Assembly (NCBI GenBank): GCA_002633005.1
Contig: NMRA01000209.1
Span: 124,001-188,000, forward strand
Length of the DNA: 64,000 nucleotides
Direction of reading: 5' to 3'
Source: Phoronis australis
Taxonomy: Eukaryota; Animalia; Phoronida
Shown: positions 30,619-44,300 of the stretch, one piece after another
Numbering within the stretch: the stretch's first letter is position 1
How the letters are laid out: the number at the start of each line of letters is the position of its first letter
Notes under the pieces: generated by a model
Seen by the model: the letters and a program-made list of their open reading frames with translations, nothing else
The model's database searches: none
Told to the model about the DNA's origin: nothing
Program-made: the position numbers and the translations under genes

Positions 30619-33600
30619 CAACAACAGTGATGATGACGTTCAACTCAATATGCGAACGCCCACTCGACCAATTCCTCCCAAAAGCCCTAGCAAGACGACA
30701 CCTAGTCGACGCCGCACTCGCACAAAGAGCACGTCTGACCAGAGTGACCAAAATGTGCTGCGAGCAGGAACACGCACCATTTACACAGCGGGGCGACCCC
30801 CGTGGTACGATTCCCATGGGCAGATGAAAGACGCATTCGTCATAGGTAAATCTGTGGGGCCCTGGTTTTACAAAGTTGCCACGTTACTTTTAGACTTACT
30901 TTAAGTTTGTACTGAGTTGGAAGTTTCGGTTTATTTTTCTTTGATTCTTTGATGTTTTATATGTTGTTTTTGTTATATTAAAGGCGAAAGGTATTTTTTC
31001 CAAATAGTCTCTGTGTGTAGTGTGCACAGAGTTACCAGCGACTGTGTCAGTTGAGTTTTCATCTGGGGAGAATCTGAGATTATGGCAATTCTTCACTTAT
31101 TTAGCACACAATATGGCCGACAAGTGAAATTCTATGTTGTCAAATTTCTCCACAAAAGATAATACGGTATTCGGAATATTTTGGCATTGTTTGTAGCGTG
31201 TAGGTGCCTTAAAACAATGTTTGATAAAGTTCCCGTTCCTTGCAGCAAGGTAACCAGTCGTTGCAAAATGGGAAAATGTCAATTTTGGCAAATTTTGTGC
31301 AACATAAGTGGAGAATTACCATAATATTTCACTTCCTGTCAGGGTTGTGTGGAGGCAGTGCATCGGGAAAGACGACGGTGGCGAGGAAAATCATCGAGTC
31401 TCTCGATGTCCAGTGGGTCAGCTTGCTCAGCATGGACTCATTTTACAAGGTATGTGGTTGTATTTATGAATTCAGGGGATTTCAACGACGACGCAGCTGT
31501 TGTTTTTGAAATGCTCTATGAGTGATCGTCAGCTCGTAAACGTCGGATGGAATCACAGATTACTTGGCGATGTGTTAATCATGAGTTGAAAAACAACACT
31601 CAGCACGTGATTTGCACAACAGAATTGAAAGCGCGGGTCAGCTATATCATGACTTTTTGTTCCAGTAAGCAAGGAAAACAAAAGACAGAAAAGGTGCCTG
31701 AAACTACGTCAAAATTATCAGTGGATTAGCTCTTTTGCATGAAAGATTCTTTTGGCGTGCACCATCTGATCACGCCGAAGTTTGATCTCATCACGTTAAA
31801 CAGAATTATCAATTACATAACACATTCACAAGGTGTCTGTTATGTCACCAGCCTACAACCATAACAGATTTCATTCAAAAAATGGGAGCAGCATTGTAGA
31901 TGAATTGGCCGCATTGATGTTACAGGTGGCAAGTATCGGCTTAGTTATTGTGCAGTATCGAAGACGCCAACTTTTGAACTGGACTGCTTACTGCAGCTAT
32001 GTTTTCAATTCCCAGTTGTCGTGGAAGCCTAGAAAACCTGGAAAAATGACAAAAATGGCTTCCATATGTGGCAAANGATTTGCACAACAGAATTGAAAGC
32101 GCGGGTCAGCTATATCATGACTTTTTGTTCCAGTAAGCAAGGAAAACAAAAGACAGAAAAGGTGCCTAAAACTACGTCAAATTTATCAGTGGATTAGCTC
32201 TTTTGCATGAAAGATTCTTTTGGCGTGCACCATCTGATCACACCGAAGTTTGATCTCATCACGTTAAACAGAATTATCAATTACATAACACATTCACAAG
32301 GTGTCTGTTATGTCACCAGCCTACAACCATAACAGATTTCATTCAAAAAATGGGAGCAGCATTGTAGATGAATTGGCCGCATTGATGTTACAGGTGGCAA
32401 GTATCGGCTTAGTTATTGTGCAGTATCAAAGACGCCAACTTTTGAACTGGACTGCTTACTGCAGCTATGTTTTCAATTCCCAGTTGTCGGGGAAGCCTAG
32501 AAAACCTGGAAAAATGACAAAAATGGCTTCCATATGTGGCAAACTGAGTTAAAGTGAAAAAAGGAGGTTTTAATGCATGGAAATCTCATTGAATTAAATA
32601 AAAGGTAAATAAAAATCATGATTTTGATGGTGTGCTGATATTAAGGTTATCTTAAACCTTATGATAATCACGAAAATTGGGCGTTTTTGCAATATTCCGC
32701 CCCATTCAATCTCGTGGAAATTTGATTACTACTTATCCAAGTTCAAAGGTTACAGAGCTCTCGCTTAAATTGAATCTCCCACCAGCCATGGGCAGTTCTC
32801 ACAGTTTACAATCCCTTCCTTCTTTGACTCGCCTTAATACTGAGTATACCACATGGAAAAGTGCAGCGGAAAACGGAGACAAAATGTCATTTTGATCCAG
32901 AGTGGGTTGTGCGTCTGCTTACATATGACCGTTGATAACATAATATGAGGAATACAGTGAACCACCACACGACATCTGGCACTTTGTTTTCACAAACATA
33001 GCAAGTTGTGAGAAGAGATAAATCCTCCCCCAAACTCATTCTTTTCCTCGATAGCCTAACTTTTTATTGGTTCAATCTTGTGCTCACGACGAGCTTTACT
33101 ACCGTACTAGGTACTACTCTATTTTTATTCTCTATTTCGTAGATAGTTTTTTGATATCAGTGTTTCAGGTGCGTGCTTCATAAGTTGTGTACCACAATGC
33201 ACTGTTGACCTACTAATGTTATCTCCACCTCTGGCTCGAGGCACTGAAGCCTGACTCACAAAAGTACTGATAATTAAGTTAATTACTCTCTGCAACTTTA
33301 GTTGACATTGCAAGTTTAAATAACTAACAATGTAATGACCTGTAGAGGTTATATTGACCAAAAAACACATTTTCACCTAGTACCCCGGTAAACAGGCGAG
33401 GACTTTAAGATTTTGATGAGATATAATGTTTTTGTTTTTCTTGGTTTGACAAATCGACTTAATTTCAACTTAAGAGCATGAGTTCTAGAAAACAGCTCTG
33501 TGGATCTCACTGAAACTTTCCAATTTTAATATTTATCCATCAATCTCAAAAACGCTGTTAGGATTTTCATTTTAAACTCCAAGTTTTCCCGTACCTTTAA

Positions 33601-36600
33601 ATAGATGAATGTGACTGCTTTTTTGTACAAAAATACCTCGTGTTTTGCGAGCTAATTTTGCACAGAGACCAAACTAAGTTAGTAATCAAAAATCTCCTAA
33701 CAGCATTTTTGAAGTAAAGTGTGAAGTTTTCATGGGTTTCATTGAAATCGACCGAGGAGTTATTGTGCTATGTACCTTTCTTAAAAATAAAATTTTGACT
33801 TCAAAAAAAATACAAAACATATTTTTATAGTCCCTGGTCTTTTTCTTTCAGGAAATATGTACGTTTACTAAGTTGGCATTGTCTGCTTTTTATAAATGAA
33901 TTGGAATGGAGGTCACGAAACAAGGTTTGGGACAACCTTAACCATTCAATTATTAATGGCCAACACTATTACAAAAATTTACTATATTAAGTAAATACAT
34001 GTATGTTGTGGACTAGAAAACTTGTGTCCAGGAAACATATGAACTGAAAATTCATGGAAAATGAGAACAAAATATCAATGAAAAATTTCTTAATAGTTGA
34101 GAGACTGTTGGCATTTGTCTTAACTTGAGCCAAAAGTCAGAAAACTGGACTAAGAATATCCAAAAGTTGATTTTTTTGTCTTATGAAGCATTTTGTATTC
34201 TGAAATTTCTGTATATTTGAACAGAATACGGATTTCTGTCTTTTGACTTGACTTATGGACAGATTGTCTAGCTTTCACCCTTAGCCAGTTTTCGTAAAAA
34301 GACTCGGCTATCCGTTGACTGTTTTCAGTCGAAATTCAATAGACGAAAGCTAATAGACTCTTCTAGAAACATGCCCCTGGTCAAAGCTGATAACTTTGAG
34401 AAGTGTGTTCCATTAAACATCGTCTTTCTGTTTTAAAAACAAACAATTATGTCCTTTAAAGGCATTAACGGACGAGCAACACGAGGAGGCTGAGAGGAGC
34501 GAATACAACTTTGATCACCCGTCTGCGTTTGACTTTGATCTGGTGGTGGAGACTCTCAAGAGGCTGAAAGAGGGCAAGAGTGTCGACATTCCCATCTACA
34601 ATTTCAATACGCACTGCCGTGAGAAAGAACATGTAAGCCTCGGCCCTTCCATAACTACATTTAGCGTATTTACTGAGTTTTAAGTCCTGATGGACCCTGG
34701 TGTTCAAGATAGAAACCAAGTTCAAACTGGAGGCTGTGTCTTTTGTTTAACGTTGAGGTCATTTAGTGCAAATTAAATAAGAAACTGGTTTGTTTAGGTT
34801 ATGTTGAGCTGGAACAAGAGTCGAACGCACGTATCTTAAGATATGAAATAGTGAAAATGATTGGGAGTTCCGATACTGCGTTTTGGGCACTCTGCCGGGT
34901 TGCACGAAACCGTCCCAATAGGGACTCAATTTTACATGTATTCCCAAATTTTCACCTCATTTGTGGGTTTTATGAAAATAGTGATTGTCCTTTTTTCTTC
35001 CACTTTATTATCTTTTCTCTGTCAAGTTTTAGTTTGAAACTCTGTGAGACTAAACTCTGTATTTAAGAGCCACCTTTCCATGCGACGACCCTTATTATGT
35101 ACTTAGTCCTTCTTTATTTTCATTTACTTAAGGGATTAGTTAATGTATAAATAGTAAACATCACAATGTAAAAGATGAGACTATTGGGACTGTTTCTTGA
35201 AACTGACCACTGGGGGCTGTGTTTTCTAAGGTTGTCCAACCATAGCTAAGTTGGATGTAGGCTTGTCCCTGCACAAGCGATGTTGTATTTTTGTGAGAGC
35301 GAAACATTGTTACGGACCTATCATGATGCTTACTTTTCAGATCAGTATGGCGATGATTTGTGTGAACTTACACTAAACAGTGCTATTTTAATCTTCACTT
35401 TTCACAAGAAAGTTAATGAATTGGACTTTAACTTTTGAAAACAGGCACTGTTGATCGTAGTTCACTTTTTAGTTAAATTGAATTGTCTGCCAATAAAAAT
35501 TGAAAATACGTCCTCCTCAGCTACGACTGGCGTGGTTTCATATCCACTTCTGCATAATGCCATTTCAGTTTGATTGGTTGTGAGATGGGGGTTTCAAGTT
35601 ATTCTGCCTGTCACAACATCAGTAAGTTCATTTTTATTACAGAAAACGATATATGGTGCCAATGTGGTCATCTTCGAAGGAATAATGGCCTTTTGTCATG
35701 ATGAGCTCCTGAACGTAAGTTGTGCAGTCAGTGAAGTCAACCTAGGTGTCAGTTGTTTCTTTTTGAAAGGACAGTGGCCACGAATTGTTTAAAATATATT
35801 ATGCTGCATTTGGAAGTTCTTGATTTAAAATTTATTTATTTGCTACAAATAATGTAAGTTTGAGATCGCCTTAGCCAACTTCAACGATGTGGCAAATTTT
35901 TATTGGATGCCATTTTAAGTAGACTTTATTTTTTGTGACTTAACATCTTGGAGCTTAATGTGATGTGGATGGAATAGCACAGAAATGTTTTCAGTGATTA
36001 TTTGATAGAGAAACATAATTCTAACTTTTGTTACCCTGGAGCAATGTAGATGCCAGCGGTGTGACGTCACTATTACTGTAATACATAAAGTGTTTGATTC
36101 GTCAATTCCTAGGCCTTCTCTCTGCTACTGTAACCTTCCTCTTGCAAAAAGCGATAGACCAAGACATCTGAGTGTTTCACTGAGTGAATGGTTTTAATAT
36201 TCTGTCTTTTCATTGTTACTGGCTGCAGTTTTCCATTTGTCTTCACGTAGTCTAAGGTCTGCAGCTGCTATTTTTGGAACTTTAGAGGTCAAGACCTTGT
36301 CATAGCTATTATTTCTGCACCTAAGGTTTCGATATTTTTTAGCTGATGGATATGAAGATCTTTGTCGACACTGACTCAGACATCCGTTTAGCCCGTCGAC
36401 TTAGGCGTGACATCACTGAGCGAGGTCGTGACCTGGAGGGCGTATTGAAGCAGTACACCCAGTTCGTGAAACCTGCGTATGATCAACACATCGCACCAAC
36501 CATGCGCTGCGCTGACATCATTGTGCCAAGAGGAGGTGAAAATATGGTGGCCATCAATCTCATCGTACAGCATGTGCACAAACAGCTACAAGAAGTACGT

Positions 36601-38307
36601 GACTTCCAAGAACTAAAAATGCTTAAAACTTAATAATTTTTATTTGTCGAAGGAATTGTTGTCATGACAAATAGTTGCTATTCCCGAAGTGAATTGGCAG
36701 AATCACTGTAACAGTAACAGTAGGCAGTGTCAATGTTTAATGACTTTTTTGCAAAGATTAGTAGCAATTAAAGCAAATTCATGTTACATGAAAATGGAAT
36801 ATGCTATTTAGCTGCTGTGTCTTTGTTCAAAACTTTGCCAAAGTTTGGCGACGTATTGTTTATTTTGCCACCATTTGTTAGTGGTTGTCTCAACCCACAT
36901 TTCTTCTCAGAGGGGTTTCAGCCTGAGGGAAAAGCTGGCCTCGAACACTCATGCTGGCCAGACTGCTCCTGATAACCTGTTCATTCTACGGAAAACCAAA
37001 CAGATACAAGGTCTACACACGTTTGTCAGGTAAGTTACAAGGTGAGGTCTACTCACCTTTAGCTGGTAAGTTGCAGTGTGAGGTCTGCACACATTTTCAG
37101 TGCTGTTACAGTGTCCATGAAGCACCTGTCCGAGTGAATGTCTTTGAATGTGAAAGTTGTCTCATTTTAGTGCATAGTTAATGTGTGTAGAAATCCAGAA
37201 TGTGTTTGTTTATTGGTGAAAAGTTCCAGAGCCTTGTAAAAGACTGTGAATACCAGGGTTAGTGTGAGTCAGAGGAGATTAGTTAAAATTAGAGTTGTTA
37301 TCAGTTGCAGTTACGGAATCAGCAGTTCCATTGTTTGTCAATTGAGGGCCAGTTATAGAGAAAGGCAGGTTATTGAATCGACGATTTTAACAGTTGCTGA
37401 ATGTGATTCAAAGGTTAAGGCTCCGCAGCCCTTGCTGGAGCATAGAACAGACATTACATAGGACGTTTTGTTTGAGTAGACTTGTGAACATACGGTTGAG
37501 TTTAATAGTGAGTAGGTCAAACCCTTCTTCAGTGTAGCACCAACATTGCGCTGGAAGCTGTTAATACCTGTCAGTAAAAACCTGCGCCCACCCATCCATG
37601 AGCTAAAACGTGACACTGTAATTAGTTCACTGAGCCAACGTTCAGGGATCATTTTAGAAAAATGTGGGTATGGGTGAAATGACCCACACGGACGTAAGTC
37701 TATGGGCCATGTTAGTTTTTGACTTTCTTCTTTCCAAATTCAATGGGGACGTTGGGCAGAGTTGAGCAATCGCAGTGCATAAATGACGCAGGGTGTGCTC
37801 CTAAAATTATCCCTCAATGTTCTTTTTACATTTTATTGAGTGAATCAAGTACATTTTGAGTAGTGTGCTACAGTCAAGGTGAAATTGGAAAGGTTGCCTA
37901 ACATGTTCAACTTAATTGTTTTTTAGCAAAAATTTTAAATCTATATGGCAGTTGGAACTTTCAGAGAAACTTTCCTTACTTCAGAACCTGAATTAGTTAA
38001 TAATGCAATAAATCTAATTTAATTCTTGGCATATTTAGCTCACAATATGCTGAAATTCTATTTTGTCTTCTCCACAAAATTAAAAATTAAGAAAAGCTTT
38101 TGTGATTTTCATTGTGTAGCCACAGAGTTGAAGATTAATGAAAGTTTACCATGATCATGGTTTGTACTGTGCTGATATCGAAAACAGCTTTTGTTGAATT
38201 TCCGATTATTTGCAGTAAATTCATAAGCCTTTGAAAAAAAATTAAAACGATTTTGCAATTATTTTTGTGCAAAATAAGTGAAGAATTGCTGTACTCGTGC
38301 TTTTGGG

Positions 38308-38345
<38 letters not shown>

Positions 38346-41300
38346 TGGCGATAAATTCCACGACAATCTCAAAGTAAATTTGGCTTTCTTGTTTCAGAAA
38401 CAAAGACCTGCCACGTGATGAGTTCATATTTTACTCCAAGCGCCTAATGAGGTTGTTGATTGAATATGCTTTGTCCATGTTACCATTCATGGTTAGTGTT
38501 AGTGTCCAGTGTGTACAGAGGAGTTGTAAATTCATTACTTGTTCTCATGTGAAGTGTTTGAGTGTTAACACTTTACGATCGGTAATGCGACTGTTCAATG
38601 CACATTTTTTGAGGCAAGGTTCTTAAAATAATTTGTAAATGCATTCTCAGTGAATATTTGTGGAGAATAACACTGTACCCAATATGAATTCAGTTAACTT
38701 TTTGTAGGTCATAACAGTATTTGTGTTGACCCCATTATAAATCATAAGTGTATAAGTAAGGCATTAAAGGCCAGTTGTGCTAAAATTCTATGCTTTCCCT
38801 GTTCAAGCCAAAGACTCTTCCATAAGTTTAACAAGATGTTGGCTGTCTAAATGTACCTAGTATACTAATTCTTATCAGTAGTGTACAACACAGTTATTTT
38901 TCTTAATCTGTCCGAGATCCAAAAAGCACTTTTTGTTATGAATCTTTTTGTTTTTGCAGTCCGTCACTGTGGAAACCCCACAAGGAGTTGCATACAATGG
39001 CAAGCGGATGGATACAAAAAAGGTTGGTAGTGGAAGTGATTGTCCTCACTGGCAACATTTTCAAAATTTCGCTCTACTGTCTGTTTTTTTAAATTTAACG
39101 TTTAGTACTTTACAAAATAATCTAGACAGACTTGGACCAAACTCTGTTAGACTTTGCAAAAGTTGTGTAAAATTCCTGCCTGAATTAGTTGGCTGTTTAA
39201 TGGAACTGTTTTGACATTGAAATAGTATGGTTGTTGAACTTTAGTCAGAGTTTAACGTTATGTCATAGTGCTTTGCTGCCAAATGGTTATTTGTGAATGA
39301 TTTTAGAAGTTGAGATTGTTGCAGTTTTGTCTAAGCGAGAGGGGAAAAGTGTGTTGAGAGTTTGTTGAGGTTTATCCAGCACTGAAATGGGCTCTAGTCA
39401 AAAAGTAGTGGACATCAAGGCTTGGAATTTTCTGAGGAAATGCGGATTTCCGCTTTTTTCAAATGTTCTGTCCACGTATTTTATTATCGGATTTGATATA
39501 AAATCTCCGCGGCAAATTTCTTTCTTACCGTGGCATTGCCGACGACTTTCACCTCGAAAAGCCGAAGTTGCTCTTTATGTTTTGGAGGAACGTAAATTGT
39601 CAACATTGCCGGGGCATCTGGGATAGCGTGGTGGATTCTTCAAAGGCGTCGCGTGTGATTGTAAACCGCGGTGACAAATACTAGGACTCTGCAGCCAAAA
39701 ATGTGTGGAGGTGGGAGTGCGGGAGTTGACGGACGAGCTAAAAAGACGCAGATGCACGCTGAATTTTGTCGGCAAAAGGTCCACATCGCCTATTTCAAGG
39801 CTGGGTGCATGCATGTTTTCGGCCGTAAAAATTTCCGCTTTTTTGTCATTGGTCATTCCAAGCCCTGGGATATTCAGTCTTGGTTTTATTTGTTGAAACT
39901 TTTTTGAATTTCAAAATTGTCCAGTTTATTTTGAAAACTAACTGTACAACTATTTTGCATTATCTCTGCTTAGTAATCTTCAATATAGTCTCACCATGCA
40001 GCGTGCCAGGTTTACGATGTTTGCTCACTTACATGACCTTTCACGTCTGGATTTTCCGGCCAAATACTAGCTCCATTCCCTTCTGAAAATATAAGTCGCC
40101 CGAAATTCTGCTGACCAGGCCAAAAATTCCCCTCAAGTTTAGAATCACTTTTAACTTGGGCAGTCCCCCTGGCAACGGGGGCGGGGGGGGGGGGNNNNNN
40201 NNNGTGGCATTCTTCTCTTCGCCTTAAAAATCACCCTCTCAGAAGACACGCATCTTTCTCCATCAGTGAGTGAGGGTCCTTACTTATAAAACGTTCCTTT
40301 TCATTTGAACTCTATACAAGTTGCAACTTATGCTTAACACATATGACTAACAACCCAATCCAATGCCCTACCTTCATGCATGGTCATAAAGCAAATGCAA
40401 AATACCCACACAACAACTTATTAATAAGCAGTTGTGGACATGCGTTCGGTAGTTCAAACAGGCCACCAAGTAAAAACGTAAAGTCTGATACAACTATACA
40501 CACTCAATAATAGTGAAATGTACTTCTTGAATTGAATGGCAGATTGAAAACGTTCAACTCTTGTCTTTGACAAGAATATTTACTCTTGAACTTATGACTG
40601 ACAATAGTCGAATTTAACATGCCCACATTTTGAGAACCAGTTTGATGCCTGTTAATCAGTGGATAAAACTGGTTCTCAAGATGCGGGTTAGTTACATCCG
40701 ACTATTACCCTAATTGTGACTTGTAAAAGTAGATGGTCATATTTTTCTTCTTTGCATCACTTAGATATGTGGTGTGTCGGTGTTGCGAGCGGGTGAGACG
40801 ATGGAACAGGCGCTATGTGAGGTGTGTAAGAACATTCGGCTCGGCAAGATACTGATTCAGACCAATTTGGAGTCGGGAGAGGCTGAGGTGAGGGAAGAGC
40901 ATTACGCGTTTTTGTTTTTATCGCTAAAAACACATCTTCTTTTAGTCTGATGGGTACATGAGTGGTTTTAGCTTACTGTATAGACTATGCGAGATGAAGA
41001 TGAAATCGGGGAACAAAACAAACTGGTTGGGGTGTATTGGATGTCATGTTTTGCCCAATGAGAAAGCATTGTTCAGCTTCTGTCGTTTGTGGTACATCAC
41101 GATTTTGCGGCTACATAGCGTCGTTGCAAATTGTTCATTGCTTGTTATACTCATTTGGCTCTTTAGGGTGTAAATGGATTAGCTGTCATCCCAAACAATC
41201 AACCTTGAATTTGACAAGTCCGTATTGCTTGGGATTACCAAAATCATTGTCTGTTGAGTTGACCTCACTTTATAGGAGGTTTTATGGTCGTTGCTTATAA

Positions 41301-44300
41301 GAAAATGTTTTTAATCACCCTTATTGGTTTTGAATAGATGGGCCCAAAATGTCTATTATTAGGTAAAATTTTGAAACTCAAAATATGCGTGTTGTCTCGC
41401 CAGTCCGGTTATGCAAGATTACCTTCTAATGGTGGGTTTAAGCTATGGCAGTTGAGTTAGCAAAAGCCCTTATAAGGCCATCTGTTTTGAAACAGTGTCT
41501 GACTGCAGGAATTACTTTCCATAGAGTCATAATGATTGTACTATGAAACTGGTCACATCAAAATACTGTAACTTCTTTATTCATGGGCCAATTTTTGGGC
41601 TTCAGAAATTAAATTTGAAGACAGATATGCACAAACGTTCAAAGATGGAGAAGGTAAAAACAACCCGAAACAATATTTCAGTACAGCAAGGCAGGTGTGT
41701 AGTTTGTAACGCGAGTCAACAAACCCAACACGCTCAGCATGCTTCCCTCTCACTGGGGATAACTGAGGGAAAGTCGGTATGTGCATGACATCAAAGGAAA
41801 CCTCGCTGGCCTTAGGCAAAGGAGAGGTTTTGCTTTTCCTTTTCTACGCCTAATGTTTTGATGACTGTCATGCCTTACGGATTTGTGCGGCTTCATTATC
41901 TAACCTCAGGGCAAAATTGAGTTAAGGTTATGTAAGGCCCGAGAAAAATGTCACTGAACTTCAGAACAGCTGATATCAGAAATGGCTCTACACTGATCCG
42001 AAACTTTCAAATATTATCAATACTTAATGGATTGTTCTTCAAAATGCTTTTAGGACTTGTTCCAAAATGTACCACATTTGCATGTGGGGCTATAAAAACA
42101 GGACTTTAAAGATTATCAAGGAAAACTTCAGAGTTGAATAATAGAAAATGAAATGATGCTTATAAAAACTAACAGCGGTTTTTAGATTCCATCTTGAACA
42201 TTTTATATCAACTGGCATTTGTCATGTGATGGACTCCTAGCAATTAATGCTCCTTTATTTTTTACTAAATTTTACTAAGACATGCTCATGTGACCCAGTT
42301 ATTGACAAATTCGTACAAAATAAAAAAAATCTACTGGCTTTCTACATTCCAGAGCTTGGGATTTACGCTTTTTTCAAATGTGTTTTCCGCTTTTTTTATA
42401 ATATTTCTGCGTAAAAAAATCAAATTTGATATAAAATTTCCACGGCAAATTCCTTTCTTACCGCGGCGTTGCAGACGACGTTCACCTCGAAAAGCGGAAG
42501 TTGCTCTTTATGTTTCGGAGGAACGTAAATTGTCAACATTGCCGGGGCATCTGGGACAGCGTGGTGGGATTTTCAATGGCGTCTCGTGTTATTGTTAAGC
42601 GCGGCGACAAATACTACCGCCCTGCAGCCAAAAATGTGGGTTGGGAGTGGACGGGCGAGCTAAAAGGACGCAGACGCATGCTACTGACGGTGGTAACGTT
42701 TTTTTTTTTTTTAGTCCTCCCGATTGTTGTCAGGGAAAGGTTCCCATTGACCATTTCAAGGCTGGTTATCGGGCATGATTTGGGCCGTAAAACCGTAAAA
42801 GTTTCAAAGTTTCCGCGTTTTTTGTCATTGGTCATTCCAAGCCCTGACATTCAGAAAATATATAAATTTAGTGACAGAATTAAAATACCCGTAATTCTAT
42901 AGTTTGGTAGATAGTAAACTTGATACAGAGACTTGTCAAGAAGGTCTTACATAAGCTCAACACTCTCTTATTGGCCATCTCGTCCTGCCGTGTCTTTGCA
43001 GCTGCACTACCTTAGGTTGCCACGTGACATCAAAGACCATCACGTGATGCTGATGGACGCCACGGTCGCCACGGGAGCTGCAGCCATGATGGCCATACGT
43101 GTCCTCTTGGATCATGATGTGCCGGAGGAGAACATATTTCTCATCTGTCTACTCATGGCTGAGTCAGGTACCGGATTCGTTAAAGATAATTTTACGAAAT
43201 GACCTAGTATTCCTTGTCGCGTTGGCTCAGTGATAGGGGCCTGTTTCATATAAAGTGACTTCAGTCTAAATTTTGGTTTTACACTCCCTTTTCTTTATTT
43301 CTGAATACAATTTTGCTACGTAACTGACAGCGCGTCACAGTTTAGCATTGAAACACACAGATTGTTTGATTTGTTAGCAGTCTTGGGTAATATTCGTAAT
43401 ATACTTTTTACATTGCTACATATAGAGTAAACTGTTTCACAGAAATGAGTTTGTAGACCATGCGGATTTTAGCCTTAAGTGGCTTTTCACGAAACAAATC
43501 CTTGGAATGACAAGTCATGATTTGTCATCGACTACCCAGATTGTGACCTGTCGTCATGACGAAACAGAATTTTTTATGTTCCCCTGTTTGTTGAGTGCGC
43601 TTAAGAACTCTGGTAACTGTGTCAACGTACTGTTTTCTTCATCATGATGGGTAATGACTTACATGGTGGGTCATTCTAGATGTTTTGATTGTGAATGGTG
43701 CTTGCTAGCTATTGTCATGACGGGGAATTTTGTTTGCGCTCGGCCATTGCGACGAAGAATTCTGGATCGTTTTTAGCATGTACTGTATATTCCTTTCAAA
43801 CAAATCGGGTTGTGAGTGATAGACAAAGTTACCTTTTTGGAGTCTAGTTGGCTTGGTTGACACAGCTTCAGGGCCCTTCTTCAGCGTCGACTCATTGAAA
43901 ATTTCCCCACCCTCTCCTGTCATGTGGTAGCCAGGATAGTCATCTGTGTATTATGGAAAGTCAAAGTGGAAAAACTTCCCGTACACAAATTTTCTATTCA
44001 AGAGTTAAATTCCCTGCAGGACCAAAAATATACTCAAAACCAAACTTTATTGCGCCAGGACCAAAATTTAACACGTCAGGATCGAAAATTTATCACGCCA
44101 TGACAGAAAATTTATCACGTCAGGACAGTTTCACATATCAGGAAAATTTCATGTCAGACCATGTGACCCCTCAAAGAGATGACATTAATGTCTCGCCGAT
44201 GACAGTCACATTATTGTGACAATGAGTTTGAATTTCTGTCGTCTCTTCCACGTTTTACAACAGAAGCCAATGTTGGACACAGTACTCTTGAATACGGCTG

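Noticed and set aside
31608-32543. Duplicated 83-87 aa ORFs suggesting a tandem gene pair
   Set aside because: Intronic, near-identical copies joined by a single N; most likely uncollapsed haplotype overlap.
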